Below the pieces are notes generated by a model that ran no database searches, was not told the DNA's origin, and was given only the letters and a program-made list of their open reading frames with translations. A DNA stretch of 64,000 bases from Oscillospiraceae bacterium (GTDB lineage: Bacteria > Bacillota > Clostridia > Oscillospirales > Ruminococcaceae), in assembly GCA_045628605.1 (NCBI GenBank), contig JAZQPR010000262.1, positions 449 through 64,448 of the forward strand. The letters are read 5' to 3'. Positions 1 to 10,312 of this stretch are shown in pieces (positions within the stretch are counted from its first letter, which is position 1; every line of letters begins with the position of its first letter). The translations under genes and the position numbers were made by a program.

Positions 1-44
1 CGGGAGTAATCAGATATACCGAACGACAAACTGGAGGAATACTT

Positions 45-710
45 TTGCTTGATATTATAATAGTTGAAGATAATAAAGAGATCAGTACACTTTTACGTGA
101 TCTGATTCAGAAAGAGAGCGGGTACACGGTAAGCATCGCTGAAAGTGGTGAGAAAGCAATTGAACTCTTTGAAAAATATGGTGCAAAACTTTTGATCATA
201 GACATAAATCTTCCCGGAACAGACGGGTTTTCTGTCTGCTCAAAAATTCGTGAAAATTCAAATGCACATATAATAATCGCAAGTGCAAGAACAGATAAAA
301 ATGACAAGCTCAAAGGGCTGGGGCTTGGTGCTGACGACTATATTGAAAAGCCTTTTGACGTTGATATTCTTCTTGCCAAGATAAACGGAGTATTTGCAAG
401 AAAATATGCAACAAATGAGATAATATCAGATGATATAAAACTCAACACTGTAACGAATTCACTGTATGTGAAAGACAAAAAGGTTGATGTTACGGTGAAG
501 GAATTTGAACTTCTTAAATTTTTAATGGAAAACAAAGGAATTACTTTGAAAAAAGAATATCTGTTTACAACCATATGGGGAAGTGACAGTGAATCCGAAC
601 TGCAGACGCTTACAGTACATATAAAATGGCTGAGACAGAAAACAGAGGAGGATCCGAAACATCCAAAGCATATACTGACAGAATGGGGTGTAGGATACAG
701 ATTTGAGTAA
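45..710 (+). CDS. OmpR/PhoB-family response regulator
   Basis: Receiver domain (IIIVEDNKE, LLIIDINLPGTDG, IEKPF) plus winged-helix output (VKEFELLKFLMEN, WGVGYRF). TTG start 6 nt after GGAGGA. The stop overlaps the next gene. Confidence 0.9.
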   Translation: MLDIIIVEDNKEISTLLRDLIQKESGYTVSIAESGEKAIELFEKYGAKLLIIDINLPGTDGFSVCSKIRENSNAHIIIASARTDKNDKLKGLGLGADDYIEKPFDVDILLAKINGVFARKYATNEIISDDIKLNTVTNSLYVKDKKVDVTVKEFELLKFLMENKGITLKKEYLFTTIWGSDSESELQTLTVHIKWLRQKTEEDPKHPKHILTEWGVGYRFE

Positions 711-1923
711 GTTCAGAAAATTTGCAATAGGGTTTATTTTAGTGGAGCTTCTGATACTTTCGGGATTTGATATTTTTATAGGAAAAAATCTTTCTTCAGA
801 CGGGGACAGGGAATATATGGTCGATATCAGCCGTATTTCCCGCAGAATTGAAAACGGTGAGAAAATATCCGATATAGACTTAAAAAACTATCAGCATATT
901 CTGGCAGTGCATGTATATGACGAATCAGAAATATACAAAAACAAATATGAAATAAAAAAAATAGACAATGAGATCTATCTGTTCGAGTACAGCGAGAAAA
1001 CGAACAATATCTTTTATCTCATAAATTATCCGCTCATTGCTTCAATAGTATTAAATATTTTTTTGCTTATCTATCTGGACAAAAAAATAGTGACACCGTT
1101 TTCAAGAATGGAATCTTTAACTACAGATCTTGCAAAAGGCGCACTTGCAGTACCGCTGAAGCAGGAAAAAAGCAAATATTTCGGAAAGTATCTCTGGGGA
1201 ATGGATATGCTCAGGGAAAAGCTCGAAACCGATAAAATGCGTGAACTCAAACTTTTGAAAGAGAAAAAGACGCTGATACTGTCTCTTTCACATGATATCA
1301 AAACACCTCTTTCCGCAATAGATCTCTACATCAGGGCCTTGAAGAAAGGCGTATATAAAACAGAAGAGGAAAGAAACACTGTTTTTTCCGGCATGGAGCG
1401 CAACGTTGCAGAGATAACAGGCTATATACAGGAAATAGCAAATGCATCAAGGGAAGAAATACTTGTGCTTGATACTAAAAATGATGAGGTTTATCTTTCA
1501 GGGATAATTTCTAAAATCAAGGAGTATTACTGTGAAAAAATGAGATCTCTTCATGTTGAGTTTGAGGTTGAGGATGAAGAGAATCTGCTGATTTTCGGCG
1601 ATGAAAACAGAATAATTGAGGTAATGCAAAATGTTATAGAAAACGCATTAAAATACGGAGACGGCAGAAAAATAACAGTTTCATTTGACGATGAAGAGGA
1701 ATGCAGGCTTGTGACTATTTCAAATTCGGGATGTTCACTTCCAAAAGACGAGCTTCCTCATATTTTTGATTCGTTTTATCGCGGAAGTAATGTTAATAAT
1801 CAGAACGGAAGCGGTTTGGGACTGTATATATGCAGGGAACTTATGAGAAAAATGGAGGGGGAAGTTTTTGCAGTAATTAATAATGATATCTTTTCTGTTA
1901 CTCTTGTTTTAAGAAAAGTATAA
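703..1923 (+). CDS. Sensor histidine kinase (partner of 45..710)
   Basis: Two N-terminal hydrophobic segments. H-box SLSHDIKTPLSAI, N-box ENALKYG, G-box GSGLGLYI. 8-nt overlap with the regulator gene. Confidence 0.9.
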   Translation: MSKFRKFAIGFILVELLILSGFDIFIGKNLSSDGDREYMVDISRISRRIENGEKISDIDLKNYQHILAVHVYDESEIYKNKYEIKKIDNEIYLFEYSEKTNNIFYLINYPLIASIVLNIFLLIYLDKKIVTPFSRMESLTTDLAKGALAVPLKQEKSKYFGKYLWGMDMLREKLETDKMRELKLLKEKKTLILSLSHDIKTPLSAIDLYIRALKKGVYKTEEERNTVFSGMERNVAEITGYIQEIANASREEILVLDTKNDEVYLSGIISKIKEYYCEKMRSLHVEFEVEDEENLLIFGDENRIIEVMQNVIENALKYGDGRKITVSFDDEEECRLVTISNSGCSLPKDELPHIFDSFYRGSNVNNQNGSGLGLYICRELMRKMEGEVFAVINNDIFSVTLVLRKV

Positions 1924-1925
1924 TC

Positions 1926-1953
1926 TCTTCTGCTTGTTAAAAGCAGAGCTTTG
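1926..1953 (+). repeat. Partial copy (hairpin half) of the ~54-nt intergenic repeat
   Basis: tcttctgcttgttaaaagcagagctttg matches the 3' half of the copies at 9065, 10915 and 47840. It begins 3 nt after the kinase stop codon. Confidence 0.7.
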
Positions 1954-1972
1954 GATAAAAAACTATGAAAGA

Positions 1973-2009
1973 CTGTCGGAGATAAGATTCTCTGACAGTT
2001 ATTTTTATT
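1973..2009 (+). terminator. Rho-independent terminator candidate
   Basis: ctgtcggaga/tctctgacag stem (one G-U pair) followed by ttattttta. Confidence 0.55.
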
Positions 2010-2310
2010 TAAGGATTATTTAATAATTAAAATGCTATACTATAGTCATACAAGAGAAAGGGGCAGGAAATCAAAATACATAAAAAAGGACAATCCGGAA
2101 AATGATAACGGAGAATTGCTCAGGATGCTGTTTTTATAGGGAAAAAGATAAATACAGGTAACTAATCGATATACGGGTAGTTATTATTTTTAAGAACAAA
2201 AGTATATTATAGATTTATGAAAAAAATTTCTGTGTAAAACAGAATAAAGGATAATAACGGTCACTTTATAAAGTGGCTGTTATTATTTTTTAAACGACAT
2301 ACAGCTTTAC

Positions 2311-2340
2311 TTGCAAAAAATAACTTTTTTATGATATAAT
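2311..2340 (+). promoter_or_regulatory. Sigma-A type promoter for the ABC transporter genes
   Basis: TTGCAA, 18-nt spacer, TGaTATAAT (extended -10). Confidence 0.5.
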
Positions 2341-2352
2341 TAAAAATATGCT

Positions 2353-2395
2353 GATTTTACATGATATCCGGCTGTAATGGATATCATGTAAAATC
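2353..2395. promoter_or_regulatory. Perfect 17-bp inverted repeat (operator or 5'-UTR hairpin)
   Basis: GATTTTACATGATATCC, 9 nt, GGATATCATGTAAAATC. It starts about 6 nt downstream of the predicted transcription start. Confidence 0.5.
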
Positions 2396-2603
2396 AAAAG
2401 AATTCGTCCTTTTGCTTCTGTACTGTTTTGTGAATAATTCAGTGTTTCATTTATTTGAAAAAACAAAATTTTTATACCGGACAGGCTGAAAACCATGACT
2501 TGTCGTGAAACAATTAACATGGTGGCACTGTCTGTGTATTATTTACAGAGGTAATGAATCATTATTTCCGTGAACATATATTTTACAGAGAGGAAAATGA
2601 GAC

Positions 2604-4967
2604 ATGTACCGGAATATGTTAAAACGTGATTTGAAAAGAAAAAAGATTATGAATCTGATTTTGCTGTTATTTACAATCATGGCGTCAATGTTTGTTTCGT
2701 CAGGCCTTGGAAATGCTGTAAATATCATGAGCGGGACAGAGAAATATTTTGATCTGGCCGGTATCGGAAACTATAATGTAGTGACAAAAAACGGTGACAG
2801 CGGAGTTAAAGAAATTCTCAGCAATTCTTCATACGTAAAAGACTATAAAGCGGACGATGGTTACTGGTTTCCGGTCAGTTCGATAAAGATCGGAAACAAA
2901 AAAATCTTAGCTAATGCTTTTGAATCGGCAGTTTTTTTTCAGAAGCTTTATGATGACGGAGGGACTTTCTTCAAAATGGATAACTCCGAACTGTATTCTG
3001 TAAACTGTGGTGAAGTATACATTACAGAGTCGGCGTTGAAAAAAACCGGTGCAAAACCGGGTGATGAGCTGAGCTTTGAGTATGGCGGCCTGAAAAAAAT
3101 ATATCGTATCGCAGGCGGTATGAAAGATGCATTTCTTGGTTCTGAAATGATGGGAAGCATACGTCTGGTATTTAATGAAACAGATTTTGCTGAGTTTGGA
3201 AAAGATAAGTATAATAGCTGCAAAGGTACTGTTTTCTATATAGATACTGCCAATGAAGAGAAACTGTCTGTCGAATTGTCAGAGTGTACAGGCATAATAC
3301 TTACAAAGAACAGAAGCAGTATCAAAAAGGCATATGTTATGGATATGTTTGTTGCGGTGGTTGTTCTTGTTTTGAGTGCCTGTCTTTGTGTTGTATCTTT
3401 TGTTCTGCTAAAATTTGTAATACTGTTTACTATTAACGATGATTTCAGAGAGATAGGTGTAATGAAGGCTATTGGAATAAGAAACATCAAAATAAGAAGC
3501 CTTTATATGTCAAAATATTTTGTAATAGCACTCGCAGGCGGCATAATTGGGTTTGCAGCAGGTATTCCTTTTGAAAAAATACTTATAAAAGTAGTTTCAT
3601 CAAAAATGGTTCTTAAAAATAATTATGGAATACTTTTTAATATTACAGGTTCGCTGACTGTAATAATTGTTATGAGCTTGTCTGCTTTTCTGTGTACAGG
3701 AAAAGTCAGAAAAATGTCACCGGTGGATGCGATAAGAAATGGCTCGACCGGAGAAAGATATGTAAAAAAGACAAAATATCTGATCAGAAAATCAAGATTT
3801 AATAATTCATTTTCGATGGCGGTAAATGATATCTTAAGTACTCCGAAAAGATACATTACTATCATAGTATCATTCTTTTTATGTTCTTTAATGGTTTGCG
3901 GGCTTACAGAAATTACTGATACCATGAAAAGTGACAGGCTTATCAATAAATTTGTCAGCCGGTCAGATGCGTATATAACATCCGGTACTTTCAGAGATGC
4001 AGAACTATTTTCAAATGATGGAAATAAAGTTCTTGAAGAAAGACTTGAAAAGATTGAAGATGACCTGAATTCACTTGGCATGAGTGGAAATGCAATGGTC
4101 GAGGTAATGTACAAGTTCAAAACGGAGTTCAATTCTCAGAGTTATTCTCTGATATATCAGCAAAATAAGGAAACAAATGCTGATGAATATGTATATACAA
4201 AAGGTTCTGCTCCTCAGAATGAAAATGAGATTGCAATAACGCCACAGGTATCAAAGCAGACAGGTGCAAAAATTGGCGATGTTTTTACAGTGAATTTTGG
4301 AAATGAAAAAAGAGAATGTATGATAGTCGGATATTTTCAGACTTTAATTCAGCTTGGAAGCATTGTGAGACTTCATGAAGATGCTCCGGTGGACATGAAG
4401 TATGCTTCAACCATAATGGGATTTCAGATAAATTTTGATGATAACCCTTCACCGGCAGAGACAAACAGAAGGATTGGGATACTGAAGGAATATTATAACA
4501 CTGATGATATACTGAATTCAGCAGGATACTGTGCAAATTGCATAGGTGTTCTGGATATGCTTGAAACTGTCAGAAAGCTTCTGTTTATTATTGCCTGTGT
4601 AGTGGCTGCTCTGGTTACTGTTCTTATGGAGTATTCATTTATTTCAGCTGAAAGCAGTCAGATCGCCATTTTAAAGGCAACAGGTTTTAAGAACAGCAGT
4701 ATAGTAAAATGGCAGGTAAACCGTTTTATGATTATAGTTTTAATATCAGAATTTCTTACAGTAGTTTTTACACATCCTGTAACAAAACTATGGGCAGATG
4801 TCATCTGGAGTATAATGGGAACGTCTGATGTTGATTATTACTTTGATCCTGTATCACTTATGTTGATCTATCCGGGTATCATTTTGCTTATCACGTTTGT
4901 ATCAGCTTTTCTGACAGCAGGAGTATCAGGAAAAATCAAATGTAACGAAGTCAGAAATGTTGAATAA
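2604..4967 (+). CDS. ABC transporter permease, tandem FtsX/MacB type
   Basis: TM1, then a ~220-aa extracytoplasmic domain, then a 3-TM FtsX module (GVMKAIGIRN). A second extracytoplasmic domain and second FtsX module follow (AILKATGFKN). Confidence 0.85.
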   Translation: MYRNMLKRDLKRKKIMNLILLLFTIMASMFVSSGLGNAVNIMSGTEKYFDLAGIGNYNVVTKNGDSGVKEILSNSSYVKDYKADDGYWFPVSSIKIGNKKILANAFESAVFFQKLYDDGGTFFKMDNSELYSVNCGEVYITESALKKTGAKPGDELSFEYGGLKKIYRIAGGMKDAFLGSEMMGSIRLVFNETDFAEFGKDKYNSCKGTVFYIDTANEEKLSVELSECTGIILTKNRSSIKKAYVMDMFVAVVVLVLSACLCVVSFVLLKFVILFTINDDFREIGVMKAIGIRNIKIRSLYMSKYFVIALAGGIIGFAAGIPFEKILIKVVSSKMVLKNNYGILFNITGSLTVIIVMSLSAFLCTGKVRKMSPVDAIRNGSTGERYVKKTKYLIRKSRFNNSFSMAVNDILSTPKRYITIIVSFFLCSLMVCGLTEITDTMKSDRLINKFVSRSDAYITSGTFRDAELFSNDGNKVLEERLEKIEDDLNSLGMSGNAMVEVMYKFKTEFNSQSYSLIYQQNKETNADEYVYTKGSAPQNENEIAITPQVSKQTGAKIGDVFTVNFGNEKRECMIVGYFQTLIQLGSIVRLHEDAPVDMKYASTIMGFQINFDDNPSPAETNRRIGILKEYYNTDDILNSAGYCANCIGVLDMLETVRKLLFIIACVVAALVTVLMEYSFISAESSQIAILKATGFKNSSIVKWQVNRFMIIVLISEFLTVVFTHPVTKLWADVIWSIMGTSDVDYYFDPVSLMLIYPGIILLITFVSAFLTAGVSGKIKCNEVRNVE

Positions 4968-4990
4968 GGTCTAAAAGGGGGGAGAATACA

Positions 4991-5755
4991 ATGGCAGTTA
5001 TACTGGAAGTAAAGGATCTGTGTAAAACATTTATAGTTGAGAAAAGACAGAACAATGTGCTGAAAAATGTATGTCTGAAAGTTGAGAAAGGCGAAATGAT
5101 TGCAATAATGGGACCGTCAGGTTCCGGGAAAACAACTCTTCTATACAGTATTTCGGGAATGGATCTGCCTACAAGCGGAAAGGTCATATTTGAAGGAAAT
5201 GATATTACAAAGCTTTCACAAAATGAACTTGCTGAGATAAGACTCAACAAGATGGGATTTATTTTTCAGCAGATGTATATGATGAAAAATCTGACTCTTC
5301 TTGATAATATTGTCCTTCCTTCACTTGAAAGCAGGCAGAACATGAAAAGCAAGGCAGAAAAGATAAAAAGAGCAGAGGAACTGATGAGAAAGCTGTCAGT
5401 AATTGATGTTGCAGACAATGGGATAAATGAAGTATCCGGAGGACAGCTGCAGAGAGCATGCATTTGCCGCGGGATGGTGAATAATCCGAAGATCTTGTTT
5501 GCCGATGAACCTACGGGTGCTCTTAACAGAACAGCATCCATGGAAGTTATGGATGAATTTGTAAAGTTAAACCATGAAGGAACAACGATCATACTTGTAA
5601 CACATGATGCAAAGGTTGCAGTAAGATGTAAAAAAGTGTTATATATAGTTGACGGAATAATAAAAGGAGAGATCATGATACCGTCTGATGAAAACATAAG
5701 TCAGAAAGAAAAAGAAAGAAAACTCAACATGTGGCTTATTGAGTTAGGCTGGTAA
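4991..5755 (+). CDS. ABC transporter ATP-binding protein
   Basis: Walker A GPSGSGKTT, signature SGGQLQR, Walker B ILFADEPTGALN, H-loop VTHD. Confidence 0.92.
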   Translation: MAVILEVKDLCKTFIVEKRQNNVLKNVCLKVEKGEMIAIMGPSGSGKTTLLYSISGMDLPTSGKVIFEGNDITKLSQNELAEIRLNKMGFIFQQMYMMKNLTLLDNIVLPSLESRQNMKSKAEKIKRAEELMRKLSVIDVADNGINEVSGGQLQRACICRGMVNNPKILFADEPTGALNRTASMEVMDEFVKLNHEGTTIILVTHDAKVAVRCKKVLYIVDGIIKGEIMIPSDENISQKEKERKLNMWLIELGW

Positions 5756-5773
5756 ATCATAAAGAATGCCGCT

Positions 5774-8170
5774 TTGCAAAATATTTTTTTTAAAAGGAAG
5801 TGTGTATCAGTGAGCAGATCACAGGTTTTTGAATTAAGTCCTGAAGAAAAATCAGAGATCGTAAACGGAGTGTCTTTTTTTAAGATGAAAGATCCTTTGA
5901 AGGAAAACGATGAAACTCTGCAGCTCCTTGACGGCGGTACAGGTATAAATTACGAACAGCTGTTCGGGGACCTATATGAGTCTGACGGCGAACTGATGCA
6001 AAGGTATAAAAGAAGTACACTAAACAATGTAATAAAATATTATTATAATGAAGAGAAACTAAATGACACCGAAAAAGAGCTTCATAAAAAAATAAAGGAA
6101 AAACTTTTTGAAAAATGCGGTATGAAAGAGTATGCACCCGGATGCTTTCCACCGGGAATACTGCTCGGCTCTGCATGGAACCCTGAAGCTGTTTACGAAG
6201 TCGGACTTGCCCTGGGTACGGAGGCACTCATATTTGGAGTCGATATCCTTCTTGGTACACCAAATATAAATATACATCGTGATCCGCTCGCAGGACGTCT
6301 TTTTGAGGGCTATTCGGAGGACCCGTATCTGATATCCGTTCTTGCCCCAAACCTTGTCAGAGGCGTTCAGGATAAAGGTGTTGCAGCAAATGTTAAGCAT
6401 TTTGCATGCAACAATCAGGAAACAAACAGGGTAGGGATAAATGAAATAATTTCGGTCCGGGCTCTTGAGGAAATATATCTGCCGGGTTTCAGAGCCTGTA
6501 TGACAAAAGGTAACGCAAGAACCATAATGAGTGCATATAACAGCATCAACGGAGTTCCCTGTACACAGAACAGCTATCTGCTGACTCAGAAGTTAAGAAA
6601 TGAATGGAATTCGGATGCCGCAGTGATATCAGACTGGAATGCAGTATCAGATCAGATCGCGTCACTGAAAGCCGGAAATGATCTCAAAATGCCGGGACTG
6701 TCAGATACTTCAGCAGTAATAAATGCAGTAAAAGAAGGCGTTCTTGAAGAATCTGAGCTTGACAGGTCAGCGGAAAGACTTCTGGAGTTAAGCAGATGGA
6801 TAAAAAACAAAAGCAAAAAAAATGAAGTGCGTGCCGGTGATTATGAAAAGACGGTGCTTGAAACCGATGAGGCTGCATATTTTGCTGCTGCAGAGGGGAT
6901 AGTTCTTCTTGAAAACGACGGCACACTTCCTTTAGAGAAAAAATCATGGAAATTTTCTTTAAAGGGGAGCGGTGCACAGCATTTTCTTTTATGCGGCGGT
7001 GGAAGTGCTGGTGTGATAACAAACAGAAACACTGACTTTTCAGAGTGCCTTTTAAAAAATTTTTCAGGTTCGGTTCTGACAAATGATATGTCTGAAGCCG
7101 ATGTGATCTTTATAATTTGTTCAGTCGAAGGAAATGAGGGAAATGACAGAAGAGACTTTTTTCTGAAAAAAGAAGACAGAACGCTCTTGAAAAAGCTCGG
7201 TCTGATCAGAGGTTCAGCAGGAGAGCTTCAGGTCAGTCATGATGCAAAGTTTGTTCTGATACTTAACGTAAGCGGTCCTGTTATGCTTTCTGATATTGAC
7301 ATGGATGCTGTAAATGCGGTTGTCTGTCCGTTTATCCCCGGAATGCAGGGACCTGCTGCGCTTGCGGACATTATTTCAGGAAAGGTCTGTCCTTCAGGGA
7401 AACTGCCTCTGAGCTTCCCGAAAAGATACGAGGACGCACCGTCGTATATAAATTTCCCGGGAGACGGTCATACTGTTGTATACGGGGAGGGTATATTTAC
7501 AGGCTACAGATATTATGAAGCAAAAAAAATAAAGCCCATGTATCACTTCGGATACGGACTTTCATATACAGATTTTGATATCGGAAAAATCGAAGAGCTT
7601 AGTGCTGATGAAAATATTTCCTTTGATGTGAAAATAAAAAATACCGGAAAATATGCGGGTTCACAGGTCATTCAGATCTATTTTTCAGATCCGTACTCAA
7701 CTTTAAGAAAACCATGCAAGGAACTTAAATCATTCAGAAAAGTTTATCTTAAACCCGGAGAAGAGAAAAGTGTTCATTTTTTGATATCTGTCGATGCACT
7801 TCGTTCTTTTGATCCTGATCTTTGTGAATGGACTCTCGAGGAGGGATATTATGATATTATAGTGTCTGATTCCTCAGATCCTGAAAAATATGCTGACAGG
7901 GTGCGTTTTTACCTTGATGTGACTTCTCCGTATTCGTTCGGGATAAATTCGACTGTCAAAACAGTATATGAAAACAGCAGTCTGAAAAATATCTTCCTTG
8001 ATTTTCTGGAAGATATGGGATGTGATACTTCGGCTTTTGAATCCTGTTATCAGTATACTCCGTCGAGACGGCTTTCTGAGCTGATAAACGAGATAAATAA
8101 ACAGGATGCAGATATTTCGCATGCTGTCGGTGTTCTCGAAGAAAATATGAGGTCTGTAAAGAAAAGCTGA
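5774..8170 (+). CDS. Glycoside hydrolase family 3 (beta-glucosidase-like), cytoplasmic
   Basis: GH3 motifs KHFACNNQETNR and the nucleophile region AVISDWNA. C-terminal Fn3-like region. No signal peptide. The start is uncertain (TTG 5774 or GTG 5810). Confidence 0.85.
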   Translation: MQNIFFKRKCVSVSRSQVFELSPEEKSEIVNGVSFFKMKDPLKENDETLQLLDGGTGINYEQLFGDLYESDGELMQRYKRSTLNNVIKYYYNEEKLNDTEKELHKKIKEKLFEKCGMKEYAPGCFPPGILLGSAWNPEAVYEVGLALGTEALIFGVDILLGTPNINIHRDPLAGRLFEGYSEDPYLISVLAPNLVRGVQDKGVAANVKHFACNNQETNRVGINEIISVRALEEIYLPGFRACMTKGNARTIMSAYNSINGVPCTQNSYLLTQKLRNEWNSDAAVISDWNAVSDQIASLKAGNDLKMPGLSDTSAVINAVKEGVLEESELDRSAERLLELSRWIKNKSKKNEVRAGDYEKTVLETDEAAYFAAAEGIVLLENDGTLPLEKKSWKFSLKGSGAQHFLLCGGGSAGVITNRNTDFSECLLKNFSGSVLTNDMSEADVIFIICSVEGNEGNDRRDFFLKKEDRTLLKKLGLIRGSAGELQVSHDAKFVLILNVSGPVMLSDIDMDAVNAVVCPFIPGMQGPAALADIISGKVCPSGKLPLSFPKRYEDAPSYINFPGDGHTVVYGEGIFTGYRYYEAKKIKPMYHFGYGLSYTDFDIGKIEELSADENISFDVKIKNTGKYAGSQVIQIYFSDPYSTLRKPCKELKSFRKVYLKPGEEKSVHFLISVDALRSFDPDLCEWTLEEGYYDIIVSDSSDPEKYADRVRFYLDVTSPYSFGINSTVKTVYENSSLKNIFLDFLEDMGCDTSAFESCYQYTPSRRLSELINEINKQDADISHAVGVLEENMRSVKKS

Positions 8171-8207
8171 TTTTTTTCAGCAGTACCCGAATCTAAATAA
8201 AAAAATA

Positions 8208-8236
8208 AAGAGCGGCATTTCATTCGCCGCTCTTTA
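8208..8236. terminator. Bidirectional terminator between convergent genes
   Basis: aaagagcggc/gccgctcttt stem flanked by an A-run and a T-run. Confidence 0.75.
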
Positions 8237-8238
8237 TT

Positions 8239-8937
8239 TTATTCTAAATATATATTTGATCCTTTTGTTCTTATTTTTCCGTCATCCATTTCATATATAG
8301 TATCTGCCTGTGAGGCTATGCTCAGATCATGGGTGATGAGAACAAGAGCCTGATTGTATTTGACGGCGGAGTTTTTCAGTATTGCGATAATATCTCTGCT
8401 TGTTTTGTAATCAAGGTTTCCGGTCGGTTCGTCTGCGTAGATTATTTCAGGTTTGTGGATAAGTGCTCTGACAAATGCGACTCGCTGCTGCTGACCTCCT
8501 GACAGCTCATAGGGAAATCTTTTCTGTTTGTCAGATAATCCTGTAGTTTCAAGAAGCTCTTCAAGATAGTTTTTATCAGCTTTTGCGTTGTCAAGATCCA
8601 TCGGAAGAAGAATATTTTCCAAAACGTTCAGAACAGGTATAAGATTATATTTCTGAAAAATAAAACCTGTTTTTCTTCTTCTGTATGCAGAGAGCTCTCT
8701 GTCTGTCATTTTGATGAGGTCTCTGTTTTTTACAGTTATCGTCCCGGAATCAGGCTTGTCAAGTGCACCGAGAATATTTAAAAGTGTGGATTTTCCGCTT
8801 CCGCTCTCTCCGGTGACAGATATAAACTCTCCTTTGTGTATAGTGAAAGATACATCATCCAGCGCTGTAACTGCATTTTCACCTTTTCCGTATATTTTTG
8901 AAAGATGTTCTGCTTTCAGGATTATATGATCGTCCAT
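8239..8937 (-). CDS. ABC transporter ATP-binding protein (MacB/LolD-like) with no adjacent permease
   Basis: Walker A GESGSGKST, LSGGQQQR, IIYADEPTGNLD, ITHD. Confidence 0.9.
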   Translation of the reverse strand: MDDHIILKAEHLSKIYGKGENAVTALDDVSFTIHKGEFISVTGESGSGKSTLLNILGALDKPDSGTITVKNRDLIKMTDRELSAYRRRKTGFIFQKYNLIPVLNVLENILLPMDLDNAKADKNYLEELLETTGLSDKQKRFPYELSGGQQQRVAFVRALIHKPEIIYADEPTGNLDYKTSRDIIAILKNSAVKYNQALVLITHDLSIASQADTIYEMDDGKIRTKGSNIYLE

Positions 8938-9064
8938 GGGGTTGTCCTCCTTTTTTGTTTATAAAAAACAATATCTGTTTTTCTTTAATTTTATTATATA
9001 TTTCTTATCTTACACGAAAGTTACATAATAAAAGTGTTTGCTTAAAAATTTTGCAAACACTTTT

Positions 9065-9118
9065 CAAAGCTCTGCTTTTAACAAGCAGAGGCGGGGGATA
9101 TCCTCTGTGTTGTTATAT
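9065..9118 (-). repeat. Full copy of the ~54-nt intergenic repeat
   Basis: caaagctctgcttttaacaagcagaggcgggggatatcctctgtgttgttatat. It abuts the kinase stop codon at 9119. Confidence 0.85.
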
Positions 9119-10312
9119 TTACTGTTTTAATAATACGACTTCAAATACTGTGCCTTTTCCTTCATCTGAATAAACAAGTATTTCTCCATTGTGGTTCCTG
9201 ATTATTTTTTCTGATATTGACATTCCTATTCCTACTGAATTCATTCCGGATTCTCTGCTTATTTTGCCAAAACGTTTAAACAGTCCCGGTATGGAAGACT
9301 GAGGTATTCCGACACCGTTGTCCTGAATTGAAATAACTGCACTGACTGCGGTTTCAGACAGCGAGATCTTTATTTCAGTACATTCGGAGTGATCTGCTGA
9401 ATTTTTTATAAGATTTGAAATTGCCTCACTCAGCCATATATTATCAAATTCCCACGAAACGTTTTTTTCATAATCGCTGATTATTTTTATATCTTTTTTT
9501 TCTAAAATGGGCTTTACTTTTGATACTGATTTTTTGCAAAGATCTGAAAGATCGCCTTTGCTCATTTCGAACGCTATGGCTCCGGCATTTAGTTTGGCAA
9601 GCTTCAGTGCTGAAAATATCAGTGCTTCCATATCATCGCAGCTTTCATTTATCTCGTTTGAAAGGCTTATTGCCTTTTCTTCAGTAAGATTGTCCATGCT
9701 GTCAAGCATATCGTTGTTAAGCCTTATTACGGACAAAGAGGTTTTTAACTGATGCGAAAAATCGGTAAGAAATTCTTTTAAAAAGTCACGTTCAGCTGTA
9801 AGCTTTTCCGTAAGATACGACATTCTTTCTCCGATGCAGGAAACAGCGTCTGATGTTCTTCGTATGCAGTCAAGGTCAGTGCCGAAATCTTTTTTTAAAG
9901 GTCCGCCGGTTTCCTTTATTTCTTCAATACTGTCAGTCATTTTTTCAAGCTCGGTATATATTGCGAATATCTCTCTTGTCGATATAATGTACCATATAGT
10001 ACAGACTGCAAAAGAAAAAGAAATCATTACTATAAACAGAACTTTGGCTGACTGATGATATATATCAAGTGATTCCGGTGGGGTGTTTATATTTATGCCG
10101 TTAAAAGAAACGCTGACATCTTCTGATGACGAAGATGAACTTGATGCTTCCACAGTTTCTGTAATTGTTCTGATGTGCTGTATGGTAAAATATTCGGCAC
10201 ATTTCTGTGATGCGATATAGCTTGCGATGCACAGCAGGAGAAAGGAAACAATGCAGATAACAAAAAGTTTTTTCGGCGTTCTGTTGTTTAAGAATTTGTC
10301 TGCTGCGTCCAT
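9119..10312 (-). CDS. Sensor histidine kinase
   Basis: Two TM segments around a Ser-rich loop. H-box FSHQLKTSLSVI, N-box NLIKNSADH, G-box VGIGMSI. Confidence 0.9.
   Translation of the reverse strand: MDAADKFLNNRTPKKLFVICIVSFLLLCIASYIASQKCAEYFTIQHIRTITETVEASSSSSSSEDVSVSFNGININTPPESLDIYHQSAKVLFIVMISFSFAVCTIWYIISTREIFAIYTELEKMTDSIEEIKETGGPLKKDFGTDLDCIRRTSDAVSCIGERMSYLTEKLTAERDFLKEFLTDFSHQLKTSLSVIRLNNDMLDSMDNLTEEKAISLSNEINESCDDMEALIFSALKLAKLNAGAIAFEMSKGDLSDLCKKSVSKVKPILEKKDIKIISDYEKNVSWEFDNIWLSEAISNLIKNSADHSECTEIKISLSETAVSAVISIQDNGVGIPQSSIPGLFKRFGKISRESGMNSVGIGMSISEKIIRNHNGEILVYSDEGKGTVFEVVLLKQ

Noticed and set aside
2496-2555. Short ORFs in the ABC-transporter leader (MLILHDIRL at 2348, and a 19-aa ORF at 2496), considered as leader peptides.
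   Set aside because: Neither has an RBS. The first overlaps the predicted transcription start and is part of the palindrome.
3623-4132. Long antisense ORFs inside large genes (3623..4132, 5266..5697, 6684..7082, 45791..46147, 61752..62180).
   Set aside because: Each is embedded opposite a CDS with clear family motifs. Their Ser/Leu/Phe-rich composition is typical of antisense reading of AT-rich genes.
8898-9173. Three ORFs (8898..9173 +, 10658..10972 +, 47506..47901 -) share the peptide KALLLTSRG(G/E)GY(P/S)LCCY, which looks like a conserved small protein.
   Set aside because: The shared peptide is simply the translation of the 54-nt intergenic repeat. The ORFs otherwise run antisense through or beside real genes and have no RBS.
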